Source: Phaeosaccion multiseriatum
Taxonomy: Eukaryota > Protista > Ochrophyta, other classes
Length of the DNA: 64,000 bases
Direction: 5' to 3'
Assembly (NCBI GenBank): GCA_965112735.1
Contig: OZ218955.1
Coordinates: 3,720,001-3,784,000, forward strand
Shown here: positions 1-14,133 of the stretch, piece after piece
How positions within the stretch are numbered: position 1 is the first letter of the stretch
How the letters are laid out: each line of letters starts with the position of its first letter
Notes under the pieces: model-generated
The model's input: only the letters and a program-made list of their open reading frames with translations
Told to the model about the DNA's origin: nothing
Databases searched by the model: none
Translations under genes and position numbers: made by a program

Positions 1-3000
1 GGCGGCCTTCATTGACGAGCGCAACTTGCTCCCTGCGCTGCTCAAGCTCATGCATTCTTCCATAGACACGCAGGTGTGTGAAGGATGGAGGGAGGGGGGG
101 GAAGGGAAGGGAGGGGAAGAGAAGGGAAGGGAAGGGAAGGGAAGGGAAGGGAAGGGAAGGGAAGGGAAGGGAAGGGAAGGGAAGGGAAGGGAAGGGAAGG
201 GAAGGGAAGGGAAGGGAAGGGAAGGGAAGGGAAGGGAAGGGAAGGGAAGGGAAGGGAAGGGAAGGGAAGGGAAGGGAAGGGAAGGGAAGGGAAGGGAAGG
301 GAAGGGAAGGGAAGGGAAGAGAAGAGAAGAGAAGGGAAGGGAAGGGAAGGGAAGGGAAGGGAAGGGAAGGGAAGGGAAGGGAAGGGAAGGGAAGGGAAGG
401 GAAGGGAAGGGAAGGGAAGGGAAGAGAAGGGAAGGGAAGAGAAGGGAAGAGAAGGGAAGGGAAGGAGACCACCTCTTTGCGTCCCCCCCAGGCTCCCCCT
501 TCCCTTTTCCTCCCTCTCCTCCCTCTCTCCCTTGTGCTCACGAACACACAATGTCCACCACGAACTTCCATCTCACACCCCGTGCACTACCATCCCTGTG
601 CCCATCCCATCGACTGCCATCCCCCCACCCACGGCCATCCCATCCACCAGGTGCTGAGCAACTCCACTGCTTGCTTGGCCAATCTCTTCGTGGACGGCTA
701 CCCCCCCGAGCTCCTCATGGAGAAGGGCGCTGTCGCTGCGCTGCTCAAGATGGCCCGCCTGGGAGCCTCCTCCTCCTCCTCTTCCCAGGCACAGCAGTTG
801 GTGCTCCACTCGCAGCACTCGCACCACTCACAGCGGGAGAATCACAATCCGCATCCGAATCAACAGAGTCAACAGCCTCATCAGCAGCAGTTGGTGATGC
901 ACCCCCGCATCTTGCTGAGTGCGGTAATGGGGTTGTTCGTGGCGAGCGAAGGATGGTGTCTGGAGGGGTGGCTTGTACAGCACGAAGGGGGACGGGCGGT
1001 ACACACACTCATGGCCCTCGCTAGGAAGGGGGTGGACAGGGCAGCAGCGGCAGGCACGGCAGGGGGGGGGAGCGGGGGTCGCGAGGAGGGAGGGGGGCCC
1101 GGAGGGGAGGAGAGGGGGGAGGGGGGCGAGGCTGGTACAGGTGCTGTGCTAATGCCGGACGTTCCTGCCACAGGAGTTGGTGATACAGAATCAGCAGCAG
1201 CAGCAGCAGCAGGAGGAGGAGGAAGAGGAGGAGGAGGAGGAGGAGGGATGGCAGTGGATGGAAGAGGGGCGGCCTGGGGGGTGAGTGTCGAGCAGCTGGA
1301 GGAGTGGGAGAGAATGACCGTAAGCTTGGCCACAATGGCGCTCGTCAATGTTTCCGTGGTGTTGACGGGGGTGCAGGCAGATGCAGTGCAGAGACTGGTG
1401 GTGGAGGTGATGGGCGATATGCTTGACGACATGGTGCTACAGCGGCAGAGGAGGGGGGGGAGGGGGGCGGGCAGGAAGGAAGTGGGGGTGGGGGGGGGGA
1501 AGGAGGGAGAGGAGAAGGGGGGCGAGGAGAAGGAGAACAAGGGGAAGAAAGAGGAGGAGGCAAAGGATGGGGAAGTGGATACCCCGCTCTCGCTGGAGAC
1601 GCCTTGCACGGATCGCCAAGTGGCGCAAGAATTCAGAGAAGGCGCGGCAGCAGCAGCAGCAGCAGCAGCAGCGGAGGATGGCAGTGGACGAGGGCAGGAC
1701 GGGGTAGGCCCGAGGCCTTTGAGTACGGCGAGGAGCGTTGCCAGCACGGCCTATGGGAGCGATTTCGAAGCGAGCGAGGGGGAGGAGGAGAAGGAGGGGC
1801 ACTGCGTTGCTGCGCCAGTTGGTGATACGGCTACAGAAGAAGCCGCCCCTGCCAGTGAGGAAATGTTGGAGACGCCGCTCATAGTGAAGATTGCAGGCGA
1901 TGGAACCGCAGCAGCGATCATAAAAGTAGCGCCACTGGTACCAGCAGGAGGAGGAGGAGCAGGAGGAGGCGGAGGAGGAGGAGGAGCAGGAGGGGGGATG
2001 CGAGTGGATGGAGGAGGAACAGCGGAAGGATCAGCGACAGCAGCTGCAGTAAAAACAGGGGGAAGAGGAGGTAGCTCCCTCACCGTGCTGGCTTCTCCGG
2101 CAGCGTCGGTCGAACAGCAGCAGTTGGTGATACAGCAGCAGGACCAGCAGGAGAAGTTGGTGATACAGCAGCAGGAGCAGCAGGAGCAGGGCCGGCTGTG
2201 GTGCCGTCGGGAGCGCCTCTGTCTCCTTGATGTGGAGAGCGTCGTTAACCTCACCACCATGGCCCGTATGCTTGTGTATCTCGACACCGGTGAGTGGGAC
2301 CTTTCATTTTCCTTCCCTCCTCTCCTCTCCTCTCCTGTCCTCTCCTGTCCTGTCCTGTCCTGTCCTGTCCTGTCCTGTCCTGTCCTCTCCTCTCCTCTCC
2401 TCTCCTCTCCTCTCCTCTCCTCTCTTGCCTATTGCGTGGTAGTCCATGTGCAGCCCTCCGTTCCACAGCATGTTGTCCCCCACCTCACACACGCACACAC
2501 GCACACACGCACACACACACACACGCACCAGGCATGGCGACGCTTCTGATTCGAATGCTCAGGGAGCTCGGCGACGGGGGCGAGGACGATGACAGCATGA
2601 TCATTGAGTGCTGTAACGGCATTGTCAACATCGCACAGGTAAGAGAGAGTTGCAGTTTCAATCTATTGAACCTTATTACAGACTCACTCACTCACTCCCC
2701 CCCCCCCCCCACTCTTCCCTTCCTCCCTCCCTCCCTGCCTACCTCCCTCCGTCCGTCCCTCGCTCCTCCCCTCCCTCCCCTCCTGCCCCTCCTTCCCCTC
2801 CTTCCCCTCCCTCCCTCCCCTCCCTCCCCTCCTTCCCTCCCTCCCTCCCTCCCTCCCTCCCTCCCCTCCCTCCCCTCCCTCCCAGGCCAACTGTCCGTGC
2901 CGAGTGGGGGTGGTGCGTGGCGGTGTGGTTGCTGAGATGACTCGCCTCATCTCCTCTCCAAGCTCTGTCAAGTTGGGAAGGGCGGCACGCCTTGCTTGCA

Positions 3001-6000
3001 CCGCTGTACTCACGGAGCTCACCAAGTAAGTCAGTGAATGAATGAGAGGTACTTCGTAGTACATGACAATAGCAAGTCGGTGAATGAGGGAGGGAGGAAG
3101 TGGCTGAGGGAGGGAGGGAGGGAGTGAGGCAGTGAGTTAACTGAGCCAGGGAGTGTGGGAGTAGGGGAGGGAGGGGGGTGAGAGAGGGAGGAAGGGAGGG
3201 AGCAAGTGATACCATACGTATGCTCATCCACAACCGTCCACTACCATCCACTGCCATCCACTGCCATCCACTGCCATCCACTGCCGCCCCCATCCCGCCC
3301 CTCCCCCCAAGCCACCGAGACATCCTGTCCTCCTTACTCAAGGCCGGCATCATCCCTGCCCTAAGCAAGAACCTCCTCGGAGGGGGCGGTCCTGAGGGGG
3401 GGGCAGGGGGCGGTCACAGCCCATCGGGTACCATCTCCGTGTTGTCCGCGGAGGGGCTCGGAAACCTTCTCGTGCATCCCGACAGCCACTTCGAGGTGGG
3501 TGGGTGCCCAGGGGTGGGCTTGCCCAGGGGGGACTGCTACCCGGGGGGGGGGGGCTACGACCCAGGGGGGACAGAGGATAGAAACAGGAGTTAGGGGCTT
3601 GCTTTCCTCTCACGCACTGAGTCTGCGACTGTGTGCTGATGCTCACCTCCCCCCCGTCCACTGCCATCCTCGCTCGCTCCTCTCCTCCTTCCTCCCTCCT
3701 TTCTCCTTCTCTCCTCTCTCCTCTCCTCTCCTCTCTCCCCACTACCCTCTCCTCGCCGCGTTAGGTTATGCAAAGCATCCTGTCCACGCTCGAGCTGGGG
3801 CATCAGGGGCAGCAGCAAGGGCAGTTGGTGATACAGCAGCAGGGGCAGCAGCAGAGGCAGCAGGCCGCGAACGATGATGGAGGCGGGCCCGGGGGGGAGG
3901 CGGGCAGCAGCCGTAACATCAGCGATAGCAGCAACAGCACCAGAGGCGGCGGAAGCAGCACCAGCAGCACCAGCAGCAGGAGTAGCGGTGGTAAAGAAGG
4001 GAGAGGAGGTGACCCAGGGGGGAGGGTGGTAAGGGATGACCCAGGGGCGGGCGTTTGGGTCCGAGTGACGGATAAAGACAGCGCGGCAAAGTGGAGGAGG
4101 AGGAGCAGTGCCTTCAACGACGCACTCCGGCTCTCGCTGGGCGATGAAGAAGAAGAACAAGACCAAGAAGAAGAACAAGAGCTCGAGGGGGGAAGCGGTC
4201 CCAAGGGGGGAAGTGGTCCAGAGGGGGGCAGTGGTCCCGAGGGGGCTGCGGCGACGTCTCGGAAGAGGGCCTTCTCATCATCCTCAAAGAAGATGGCAGC
4301 GGATGGGGGGATGGCAGTCGACGCTCCTCCGCCACAAATGGCGGCGATGGAGGCTCCTCCTCCAGGGACGCATGTGCTGCGGCTGATGGGGAGACTCGCC
4401 GCCAAGCCACACACACACCCCCTCCTCATCAAGTCAGGAGCTCTCGAGGCCATCTTTGCTTTCACAGGGGCGGGGGGGGGGGGGGACACCGAGAGGAGCG
4501 AGGGAAGAGGATGTGGAGGGGATGAGGAGGGAGGAGGAGGGGGGGGGGGGGGAGGGCAAGAGGCCAAGTTGGTGATCCAGCAGGAGGCGGGCAGCCGCTT
4601 GTGTCGCCAGGAGGTGCAGCAGAGACTCGCGCAGATCATGTTTCACATCTCCTGCAACCCCGAAGCCGTATCCAAGTGAGTTTTAAGTTGAACTTGCTGT
4701 CGAAGTTGAAGTTGAAGTTGCAGTGACTCAGTTGGTGCTCTTCTGAACTTATTCCCCCTGCCCCTCTGCTACTCTCCCTCTCTCCCTCCCTCCCTCCCTC
4801 CCTCCCTCCCCCCCTCTACCTTAGCCTGGCCGCTCCCCCCATATTGTCCAGACTGTGCTCGATGGCCTCTGAGGCCGCGTGTGAGCTCTCCAGAGAGGGG
4901 CAGCTCCTCTGCCTCGCCACGCTGCAGAACGTCGCCAGGAGGCCTGCATATCACCAACGGCTTATCGACGGGGGGCTGCTCAGCGCCATCCAGCAGGTAG
5001 CGGTATGCACGTGCATCCATCCCTCCTTGTGTCGACAGTGTCATACCATATGATGATCACATATCCATGTCGACAGTGTCATACCATATGATGATCACAT
5101 ATCCATGTCGAAATCAATCTTGCGTTGACGCGTGTGCTAATCTTGTGAATTTTGGGTGATTTTGTAAATCGTGACAAGTGTACTGTTAAGCGCTCCTCCT
5201 CCTCTTCTCCTCTTCCTCCCCATCCCTGTATCACCAACTGCTGTAGGTGTACTCATGGTGCAACATGGCCCCCCAGGACATGCCCATTGCTCTCCTCCTC
5301 GCCTCCCTGCTATACTCACTCACGCTCGATGGCAGTGTATGTGCTCAGCTTGTCTCCCGGGGGGCCAACATGATTGTCGTGGAGCTCAGCCGCGCCGCCG
5401 ATCCGAAAGTGGGTATTCATTCCACCGCCACACCCAACCAAGTCTATTATCATGACCCTGACGCTGACCCTGACCCTGACCCTGAGCCTCACCCTGTCCC
5501 TGACCCTGACCCTGACCCTGACACTGACACTGACCCTGACCCTGTCCCTGACCCTGTCCCTGACCCTGACGCTGACCTTGACCTTGAGCCTTACTCTCCC
5601 TCTTCCCTAATCGCCTTTCCCCTTCCCCTTCCCCTCCTTCTCCTCCTCCTCCTCCTCCTCCTCCTCCTCCCCTGGACCGCCACCCCCCCCCCCCTGTGGC
5701 TCTCCTCAGCTGAAGGAGCTCTGTGCCGCTGCCCTATGCAACATGGCAATGGTGTCAGGACCCGCCTCCTCCTCCTCCTCCTCCTCCTCCTCCTCCTCCA
5801 GCGGCAAACAGAAGCAGATGGCAGCAACCCTCTCTGCTCTGCTGGATCTCTCTCGTCTGCCTTGCAACATCTTGAACTGCGCCAAGACTTTCGCCCTGCT
5901 CTCTCTCGACCCAGTGTGAGTGTGCGCTTCCTATACCTTCGCTGAGCTTAGCCTAGCGTACAGTAGCTTAGTCCAGCTTTACTTTACTTCATTGGTTCTT

Positions 6001-9000
6001 ATAGCTTACAGTTGCTTAGTCCAGCTTTGCTTTACTTCATTGGTTCTTATTCGTCCAGATGGCCTAAGCGGTTGGTTCAACAGCAAGGTCCCGAACAGAA
6101 CACCTCTAAACGAGCCCCCCCCCCTCCCCCTCCCTCCCTCCCTCCTTCCCTACTCATCCACCACCTCACCCCCTTCCACCACCCTCCCCCAGCGGACGCC
6201 CCTCCTGCATCTCAGCTGCGGAGTCCCTCGTACCAACCCTCATCTCCATGATGCGCTGCCGCCCCCCCCTGGGAAGGAGTGAGAGGAGGAGAGAGGATGA
6301 CGCAGAGAGGAGCGACAGAGACAGAGGGACACTAAGGAGCTCAGTGAGGACAACTGGAGCAGAGAGGGCACACACACCCTCCGCGCCCCCCTCTGACCCG
6401 TCCTCCGTCAAGTTCTTCAGCGCGGTGGCCCTGTGCGAGGTGCTTCGGGGAGACTTGTCGGAGGTAGGAGTGAGTGCGTGCGTGTGATCCTTACGTAACC
6501 TTATGTGGTAGTCCTATTCTTGACCTGACGTAGCTTTACGTAACCTTACACATGGTACAAGTATTATACCGAACTGAGACTGAAACTGGAACATGCTCAC
6601 CCACACGTCTCCCTTCACACCCCCCTCTATCCACTGCCATCCACTGCCATCCCCTGTCGTCCCTCAGGCCCTCGTGCGCCGTCTGATGTCCCGACACCTT
6701 GTATCCGACCTCATCGCCATCGCCGTGCTGCGAGTGAACGAGGAGCCCACCAAGCAGGTGCTGGCCAAGGCCCTCTACAACCTGCTCAGCAGAGAGGTAC
6801 GCAAGATTACGTAAGAGTACGTACAGTAAATATACCGTCATGTCACTAGTCTAGTCAGTTGCAGTTTCACGGACAGAGGTTCATGTTCGTTCATGTTCAT
6901 GTTCAGGTTCAGGATCAGTTCCGGTTTCAGTTTTGTAAGCACTGACACGCACGCACGCACGCACTCACGCACCTATTCACGCGCCCACGCCTCCCCTTGC
7001 CGAATCCCTTTCTTCCCGGCACTGTCCCTCGCTCCCTCCCCTCGGCTCCCTCTCTTCATCCCTCCCTTCCTCCCTTATTTCCTTCCACCTCCCTCCCTCC
7101 CTTCCTTCATTCCTTCCTTCCTTCCTTCCTTCCTCCCTCCCTCCCTCCCTCCCTCCCTCCCTCCCTCCCTCCCTCCCTCCCTCCCTCCCTCCCTCCCTTC
7201 CTTCCTTCCTTCCTCCCTCCCTCCCTCCCTCCCTTATTTCCTTCCACCTACCTCCCTTCCTTCCTTCCTTCCTTCCTCCCTCCCTCCCTCCCTCCGTTCC
7301 CCCCTGACAGGACACCCGCGCTGAGATGGTGAAGCTTGGCGTGGCCTTCGCTTTGGTCCGTCTCACAGTGGTTAGCCTCACCAGCCCAGGCACAAGCAGC
7401 CCAGGCACAAGCAGGCCCGGCACGAACACTTCTATGTCAGCAAAAGCACCAGCAACACCACCCACAACCGTAATACCAACAGCCGCAGCACCAACAACGG
7501 CAGTACTGGTGTCTGCCGCCGGAGGGCCTCCTCCTCCGCTTCCTCCGCCGCCCCCTTGCACCGCAGGAGGAGCCCAAGCCCAATCACAGGCAATCACACC
7601 AGCCCCAGCAGTTGGTAATACACCAGCCCCAGCAGTTGGTAATACACCAGCCCCAGCAGTTGGTGATTCAACAGCCCCGGCCCAGGCCCCAGCAATAGAC
7701 CAGTCAGTATCCCCCCGGCGGGGCGCCCCTCGCAAGCGGCTGAAGGGCCGTAGCTTGACGTGCCTACGCACCGTGCTGAATATGACCCACTCAATGCAGG
7801 CATACGGGCAGTGCCTCAGGGATATGGATGCCTCCAGGCTGCTTGTTGACGTCGCACTCAGGGTGAGTGAGTGAGCAAGGGAGGAAGTGAGCAAGTGAGA
7901 GGACCCCAAGCTTTAGGTATTCTTGCTGTATGACCAACTGCTGGTGTATCACTGTATCACTGTATCACCAACTGCTGCAGGTGGACCCGGCGGGCGCTGA
8001 GGGCGCTACAGTGCTGCGTATCTGCGGGGCTGCCTTGGCCAAGATGGCGGCCGACCCTCCCCCCCTCACTACCGCCCACTCGGCCAACCACTCGGCCAAG
8101 CGGGTGTATGAAACAGTCGAGGAGAGCCGCAAAGCACAAGCCTCAAATGGGACGAGAACAACAGCAGTGGCAGCAGTTGGTGATCCAAAGGCCGCCCCTG
8201 TGTCCTCGTGCGCCTCTCTGCTGCGCCACGACTTGGTGGGAGCCGTGCGCCGCATCGCTGCATCTTGCTGCGCCGGGCAGCTGGATCCCCCTCCTGTATC
8301 ACCAACTTGTACAGATCCAGAGCCTTCTGTATCACCAAGTGGTATAGGTCAAGCGGGCACTGAAACTGACACTGTGGCTCCGCGCCTTCCCACGCCCTCG
8401 CGAGCACTCACATACGCACATCGCACGCGCCTGCACTGCGTGCAAGTGTTGTACTTCGCATCCTTGTCTGGCGACTGTCGAGAGCCCCTCGCTAAGCAGG
8501 GAGGCGCCAGCGCGGCGGTGAGTGAGAGAGTGAGTGCGTGCGTGCGCACGTGCTTCGCTGCGGTCATCTGCCCCTCCCCTGTCCTCCTCTTTGCCGCCCA
8601 CAGCCACCCTCCCACTCACACACCCACTCACACACCCACCCACCCACCCACCCACACACCCACCCTCACACCCACACACACACCCACACACACACCCACA
8701 TCCCCCCACCCATCCGCCCACATCCTCACCCGCCTGCCCACTCACCACCTGCCCACCCACCCACCCACCTACCTACCCACCTACTTACTCACCTACTTAC
8801 TCACAGGTGGCTTTGTTTGAGAGCGAGGCCCCCTCCTCTCCCATCCGCTCCCCGTCCCCCGTGCTGTCCACTGCCATCCGGCGCCTCTGCCTGGCCACTC
8901 TCGCTCGTCTCTCGGGCTGTCCTCGGGCTGTGTGTCACCCCGATCTTCGCTCCCACTCGACCTTCCACTGCCTTCTGGGCATGCTCAGTGGCAGCCGCAG

Positions 9001-12000
9001 TCGTATGGGCAGCAAGGAGAGCAAGAGCAAGAGAGATAGAGTCAGAGACGACGAGTCGTCGCCAGCCCAGGCTAGGGGTCTTGGTGCAGTACCACCAACT
9101 GCTGCAGCTCCTCGAAGGGTAGGCCCGGGCAGGTGGCTGGTGGACGCCTCCTGCTCCCTTCACGGTAAGACAGAGAGAGAGAGAGAGAGAGAGAGAGGAG
9201 CAACACTCCACTTCATGCCCCTGCCGACTCAGAAACACGTGGCGGATACGATACGACTTACGTGTGTACGTACGTGTGTACGTACGTGCGTGCATCATCC
9301 TCTCACAATCTCCCCCTCTCACCCTCTCAACCTCTCGCCCTCCATCCCCGCCCTCTCTCCCACCTCTGCCTGCCCATACGCCCTGCCCATATGCCTGTCC
9401 ATACGCCCTGCCCATATGCCTGCCCATCTGCCTGCCCATACGCCTGCCCATATACCTGGCCATGTGCCTGCCCATACGCCTGCCCGTCCACCTGCCCCAT
9501 ACTCCTCCTTCCCCATCCGTCTGTAATTTGGCCTATCCAACCTCCAACAGTGATGCGCAGCAACGCCCTGGCGACCCTCGTCAATGTGGTGGAGCGCAAT
9601 CAGGGGGGGGGCGCCTTGTCCTCACTTGTAGAGGAATGGCACCTCACGGCTCTGCTGGTGGAGCTGCTGCCCAGCCTTGGCGACGACGTTGGCGACAGAA
9701 GGAGGAGGGCGGATTACAACAGGGACAGCAGCACCCACTGTGCCCGTAGTGGAGGGGGGGGGGGAGAGGAGGAGGAGGAGGAGGAGGAGGAGGAGGAGGA
9801 GGAGGAGGAGGAGGAGGAGGAGGAGGGGCAGAGACTGACGGTGGCAAGAGCTCTCAGTGGATTGATGAGGCATGAAGAAGGCTGCGCCACTATGCTCAAG
9901 GACGGAGTCTTGGGGGCCTTGGTGGCGCTCGCCAGGTGGGTGCAGTATGTCAATGACTGGATGTAGTATGTCAATGGGCGGGTGGTTTCCTCTCTACCTC
10001 TCTCCCTTGCTCCCTCTCTCCTTCCCGCTCTCCCTCCCTCTCTCTCTCCCTCTCTCCCTCCCTCCCTCCCTTGCTCCCTCTCTCCTTCCCGCTCTCCCTC
10101 CCTCTCTCTCTCCTTCTCTCCCTCCCTCTCTCCCGCCCTCACTCTCTCTCTCACTCCCTCTCTCTCTCTCTCTCTCCCTCCCTCTCTCTCTTCCTCCCTC
10201 CCTTCAGTTTTTAGTTGATGTGATGTTATCAACTGTCAACTTGTCAATATAGGGCTCGATAAACCCCACCACCACCTCTGTCCTGACACCCCTGTCCTGT
10301 TACCCCATCCCCCCCAGATGTGAGTCTGCTGCCATCAAGTTGGAGGTGTCCTCAGCCCTTTGTCGCCTTGCCCACAGTCGCCAAGTGTGGGTGGATTCCA
10401 TCGTGCTGCAGACAGGGCCGTTGATGAAGGCTCTGTGGCTGCTCACACAAGAGCCCAAGCCCAAGCACCCCAACATGGCGCCAAACAAGCATATGGGCCA
10501 GCTTCGCAAGGCGTCCAAGCACATGGGTCAGCAGCAGGGGCCCAAGCATATGCACCAGACCGGGCCAATGAATAGCACGGGCCGGGCCGACGCACACGCA
10601 CACGCACACACAGCCATTGGTTTGCGGGTGTCCGTGGTGTGTCTCAATTTGTTCCTCTCGGGCAATCGCACAGCCGTGACGAAGCTCTGCAACGAGCACG
10701 GAGAGGGCCTCGCTACGGTACGTGTGGGAAAGAGGAGGGGAGGGGTGCGGCGTGGGAAGGAAGCTGCAGGGGGGGGGGGGGGGAGGGGCGGAATGACTGA
10801 CACCAAGTACGGGCTTGACTTTGGCAACTTGACTTGACTTGACTTTGACTTGACTTGACTTGACTTGACTTGACTTGACTTGACTTGACTTTGCTTTGCT
10901 TTGCTTTGCTTGACGTTACGCTACGTTACTTTACTATACTTTAATTAATTGACTTGACTGTCTGCCTGATAGACTGACTCCCCCCTTGACTGTCTGACTG
11001 ACAGACTGACTCCCCCCTCCCCTTCTCCCGGCCCGTCTGCATCTCCCTCTCTGCCCCAGGTGCTAGGTCGCCTGTCCCGCTGTGCCCACCCCCCCACCCT
11101 CGTGAACCTTGCCTCCACCTTCCTCAAGATCACCGCCATGCCGGAGGCGCTGCCCATGCTCATCAAACGTACGTTACGTAAGGATAAAGAAGGATCTGCC
11201 ATGGTTTCCGGCTGGGCCTGACGTGCCTTGCCATCTCTGCCATCCCTTACCGTCTCCTGCCATCCCCTGCCATCCATCTCCCGCCATCCCCTGCCATCCA
11301 TCTCCTGCCATCCCTTACTGTCTCCTGCCATCCCCTGCCATCCATCCCCTGCCATCCCCCGCCATCCATCTCCTGCCATCCCCTGCCATCCGTCTCCTGC
11401 CATCCCCTCCTATCCATCCCCTGCTATCCATCCCCTACCATCTCCTGCCATCCACAGACGACCTCATCCCGCTGGTGCTGTCCCTGGTAGCTTCCCCTCC
11501 CTCCCCCTCCCCCTCCTCCTCCCCCTCTTCCTCCTCCTCTTCCTCCTCCTCCTCCTCCTCCTCCTCCAAGCCATGGACTGCCATCCGCTCCATCTGCAGC
11601 GCTGCCCTCTCGCAAGTGCCACAGGAGCTTCTCGACCTTGATGAGGAGCACGTGCAGGTACACACACACACACACACATACATGACAATATCTGAGCAAA
11701 CATATCACCACGTATCGCCATATAATAACTAGCTGCTTGAGTATCTATCCCATACAAGTGTTACACCCCCTCTCCCCCCCCTCCCCCCTTACGCTATCGA
11801 ACTATTCTCATCTTTTTCCTCCCAATCTTCGTCGTATCCTCCCCCTCCTCCTCCTCCTCCTCCTCTTCCTCCTCCTCCTGCTCCTTGTGCTCCTCTTCCT
11901 CCTCCTCCTCGTCCTCCTACTTCTCCTCCCCCTCCTCCTCCTCCTCCTCCTCCCCCTCCCCCTCCTCTCCTGCTTCTCCTCCTCCCCCTCCCCCTCCTCT

Positions 12001-12380
12001 CCTCCTCCTCCTCCTCCTCCTCCTCCTCCTCCTTCTCCTCCTCCTCCTCCTCCTCCTTCTCCTCCTCCGCCTCCAACGAAGGTGATGCTGCCTCTCCTGG
12101 ATGACGAGGACCGCGAGGATGGCGAGGAGGAGAAGGAGCAGGCGGAGGAGGAAGAGGAAGATGGCTCCTTCGACCACGACGATGGAGATCTTGTGAGAGA
12201 GCCCCCCAGGAAACCCTACTTCCCCCCGGGGTCACACTCCTCCCCGGGGTCGGACTTCCCGAGGGGGTCTCCGCTCGTCGAAGTCTGGCGGCCCATTGGG
12301 ACTATAGAGGTTGTTGGTGACGAACCCGGGGGGGACAATGGCATCGCTGCTACCATCGGTCCTGACACCAACAACAACAT

Positions 12381-12416
<36 letters not shown>

Positions 12417-14133
12417 GTCTGACAGCACTACCATTACCATTACCAAGGGTTGTGTTGGGGATGACGTCACTGAGTTCGTCGTTGCTCACAGCGGCATTGT
12501 TGGGGACAGCAGCAACAACGGCATTGGCATTGCTCTCAATCACAACAGCAAAAGTAACGACATTGACACTGCGTTATGCGGCGGCGGAGGAGCAGCAGCA
12601 GCAGCAGCAGCAGCAAGCAGAAGCAAAGCGGCAAAGGACGGCAGAGGAGGGGCAGAGGAGGAGGAGGAGGAGGAGGAGGAGGAGGAGGAGGAGGAGGAGG
12701 AGGAGGAGGAGGAGGAGGAGGAGGAGGAGGAGGAGGAGGAGGAGGAGGAGGAGGACGTCGTTTGTTACGGCTCTACGCCCCCGTCATGGGGCAGTGAGCG
12801 AGTGAGGGCTTCAGAAGGCCGTCCCACGGAGCCTTGTCAGCTTCAACTTCCCCCCCTGCCCTCCCTCAGCCTCCTCACGGGGGGGGAAGAGGGGGGCGGC
12901 TTGCTAGCGGCTGACACGGACCTCTCCTCCGATCACGGTCATCACGCGCTTCAACACGGGAAAAGTCAACAACAAAGTCACTCGCGGACGGATGGATGGG
13001 GCTCGAACTCGAACCTGAATGTACCACACCCCCTTGGTCCTGCTCAGGGACCTGGCCCAATGCAGGGCACTAATGCCGCAAGAGCGTTGGTGAGGAAGCT
13101 CACGACAGAGGCTCTGCATGGACTTGGGGGTGGCGGGGGGAGATCGGTGGGTATGACCACCAAGCTTCAGCGAGGGAGGTCTTCGGCTGCAGGAACAGGA
13201 GGCCTGTCGCCCCCCTCGGAGAGGGGTCCCCGGGGGGATTGGGGCGGGGGTGGTTGTGGTGGTTGTGGTGGTGGTGGAGGAGGAGGAGGAGGAGGAGGAG
13301 GAGGAGGAGGAGGAGGAGGAGGAGGAGGAGGAGGAGGAGGAGGAGGAGGAGGAGGAGGAGGAGGAGGAGGAGGAGGAGGAGGAGGAGGAGGAGGAGGAGG
13401 AGGAGGAGGAGGAGGAGGAGGAGGAGGAGGAGGAGGAGGAGGAGGAGGAGGAGGAGGAGGAGGAGGAGGAGGAGGAGGAGGAGGAGGAGGAGGAGGAGGA
13501 GGAGGAGGAGGAGGAGGAGGAGGAGGAGGAGGAGGAGGAGGAGGAGGAGGAGGAGGAGGAGGAGGAGGAGGAGGAGGAGGAGGAGGAGGAGGAGGAGGAG
13601 GAGGAGGAGGAGGAGGAGGAGGAGGAGGAGGAGGAGGAGGAGGAGGAGGAGGAGGAGGAGGAGGAGGAGGAGGAGGAGGAGGAGGAGGAGGAGGAGGAGG
13701 TGAAGGAGAAGGAGAAGGAGAAGGAGAGGGAGAGAGAGAAGGGGAAGGACGAGGAGAAGGAGAAGGAGAAGGAGGAGGAGGAGGAGAAGAAGGAGGGGGA
13801 GGAGGATGTAGGTCCAAACATATGGGCTCGGCCGCCAATGGAGCCGCCGCTGCTGCTACAGCTACCAGCCTCTTGTCTGAGGTGCCGCACCCCCTGGGAG
13901 GGGGGTCCAGGGGGGAGGGGCCCCCGGGGGAGGGGCCCGGGGGGGGGGCTCTCTCGTGCCCAAGCAGCACCGCTTGTGCTTGTCCCGGGGGGGGAACAAT
14001 CGACTCGAAGTCGAGGGCTTCGAGAAACTCAGGGTGCCCCTCGACAAAATCTCGAGACGGGATGTTTATGTGTGAAGGACACACACACACACACACAAAC
14101 ATACACTCACACAAACCCGCTCTCTCTCTCTGA
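1..14133 (+). CDS. Large armadillo/HEAT-repeat protein, 5'-truncated by the window, about 19 exons, with long low-complexity insertions
   Basis: A chain of GT-AG-bounded exons (e.g. 1-73, 650-2289, 2532-2638, ~3764-4676, 7310-7862, 7981-8517, 9551-9935, 11060-11168, 12082-14133) encodes ARM-like helices: 'LLMEKGAVAALLKMAR', 'LLKAGIIPALSK', 'LLIKSGALEAIFAF', 'LIDGGLLSAIQQ', 'MLKDGVLGALVALAR', 'KQVLAKALYNLL'. The exact 3' end is uncertain. Confidence 0.75.
99..465 (+). repeat. (GGGAA)n pentanucleotide microsatellite in an intron
   Basis: Directly visible; follows the GT donor at 74. Confidence 0.95.
5030..5111. repeat. Perfect 38-bp tandem duplication, intronic
   Basis: TGTCGACAGTGTCATACCATATGATGATCACATATCCA occurs twice, plus a partial third copy. 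Confidence 0.9.
9368..9502. repeat. Intronic minisatellite of ~12-bp CCTGCCCATAYG units
   Basis: Degenerate tandem array of the (G)CATATGGG-type word. Confidence 0.85.
11228..11455. repeat. Intronic degenerate array of CTGCCATCC units
   Basis: Repeated ctgccatcc/ctgccatccatc units just upstream of the acceptor at ~11456. Confidence 0.8.
13276..13700 (+). repeat. Pure (GGA)n tract of about 140 units, read as poly-Gly in the ARM gene's last exon
   Basis: Directly visible; lies within ORF 11737-14133. Confidence 0.95.

Noticed and set aside
26-1024. Long ORFs such as (REGKG)n, (PSLP)n, (EGGR)n, (HT)n and (CV)n throughout the ORF track
   Set aside because: They are translations of stop-free intronic or intergenic microsatellites, not genes.
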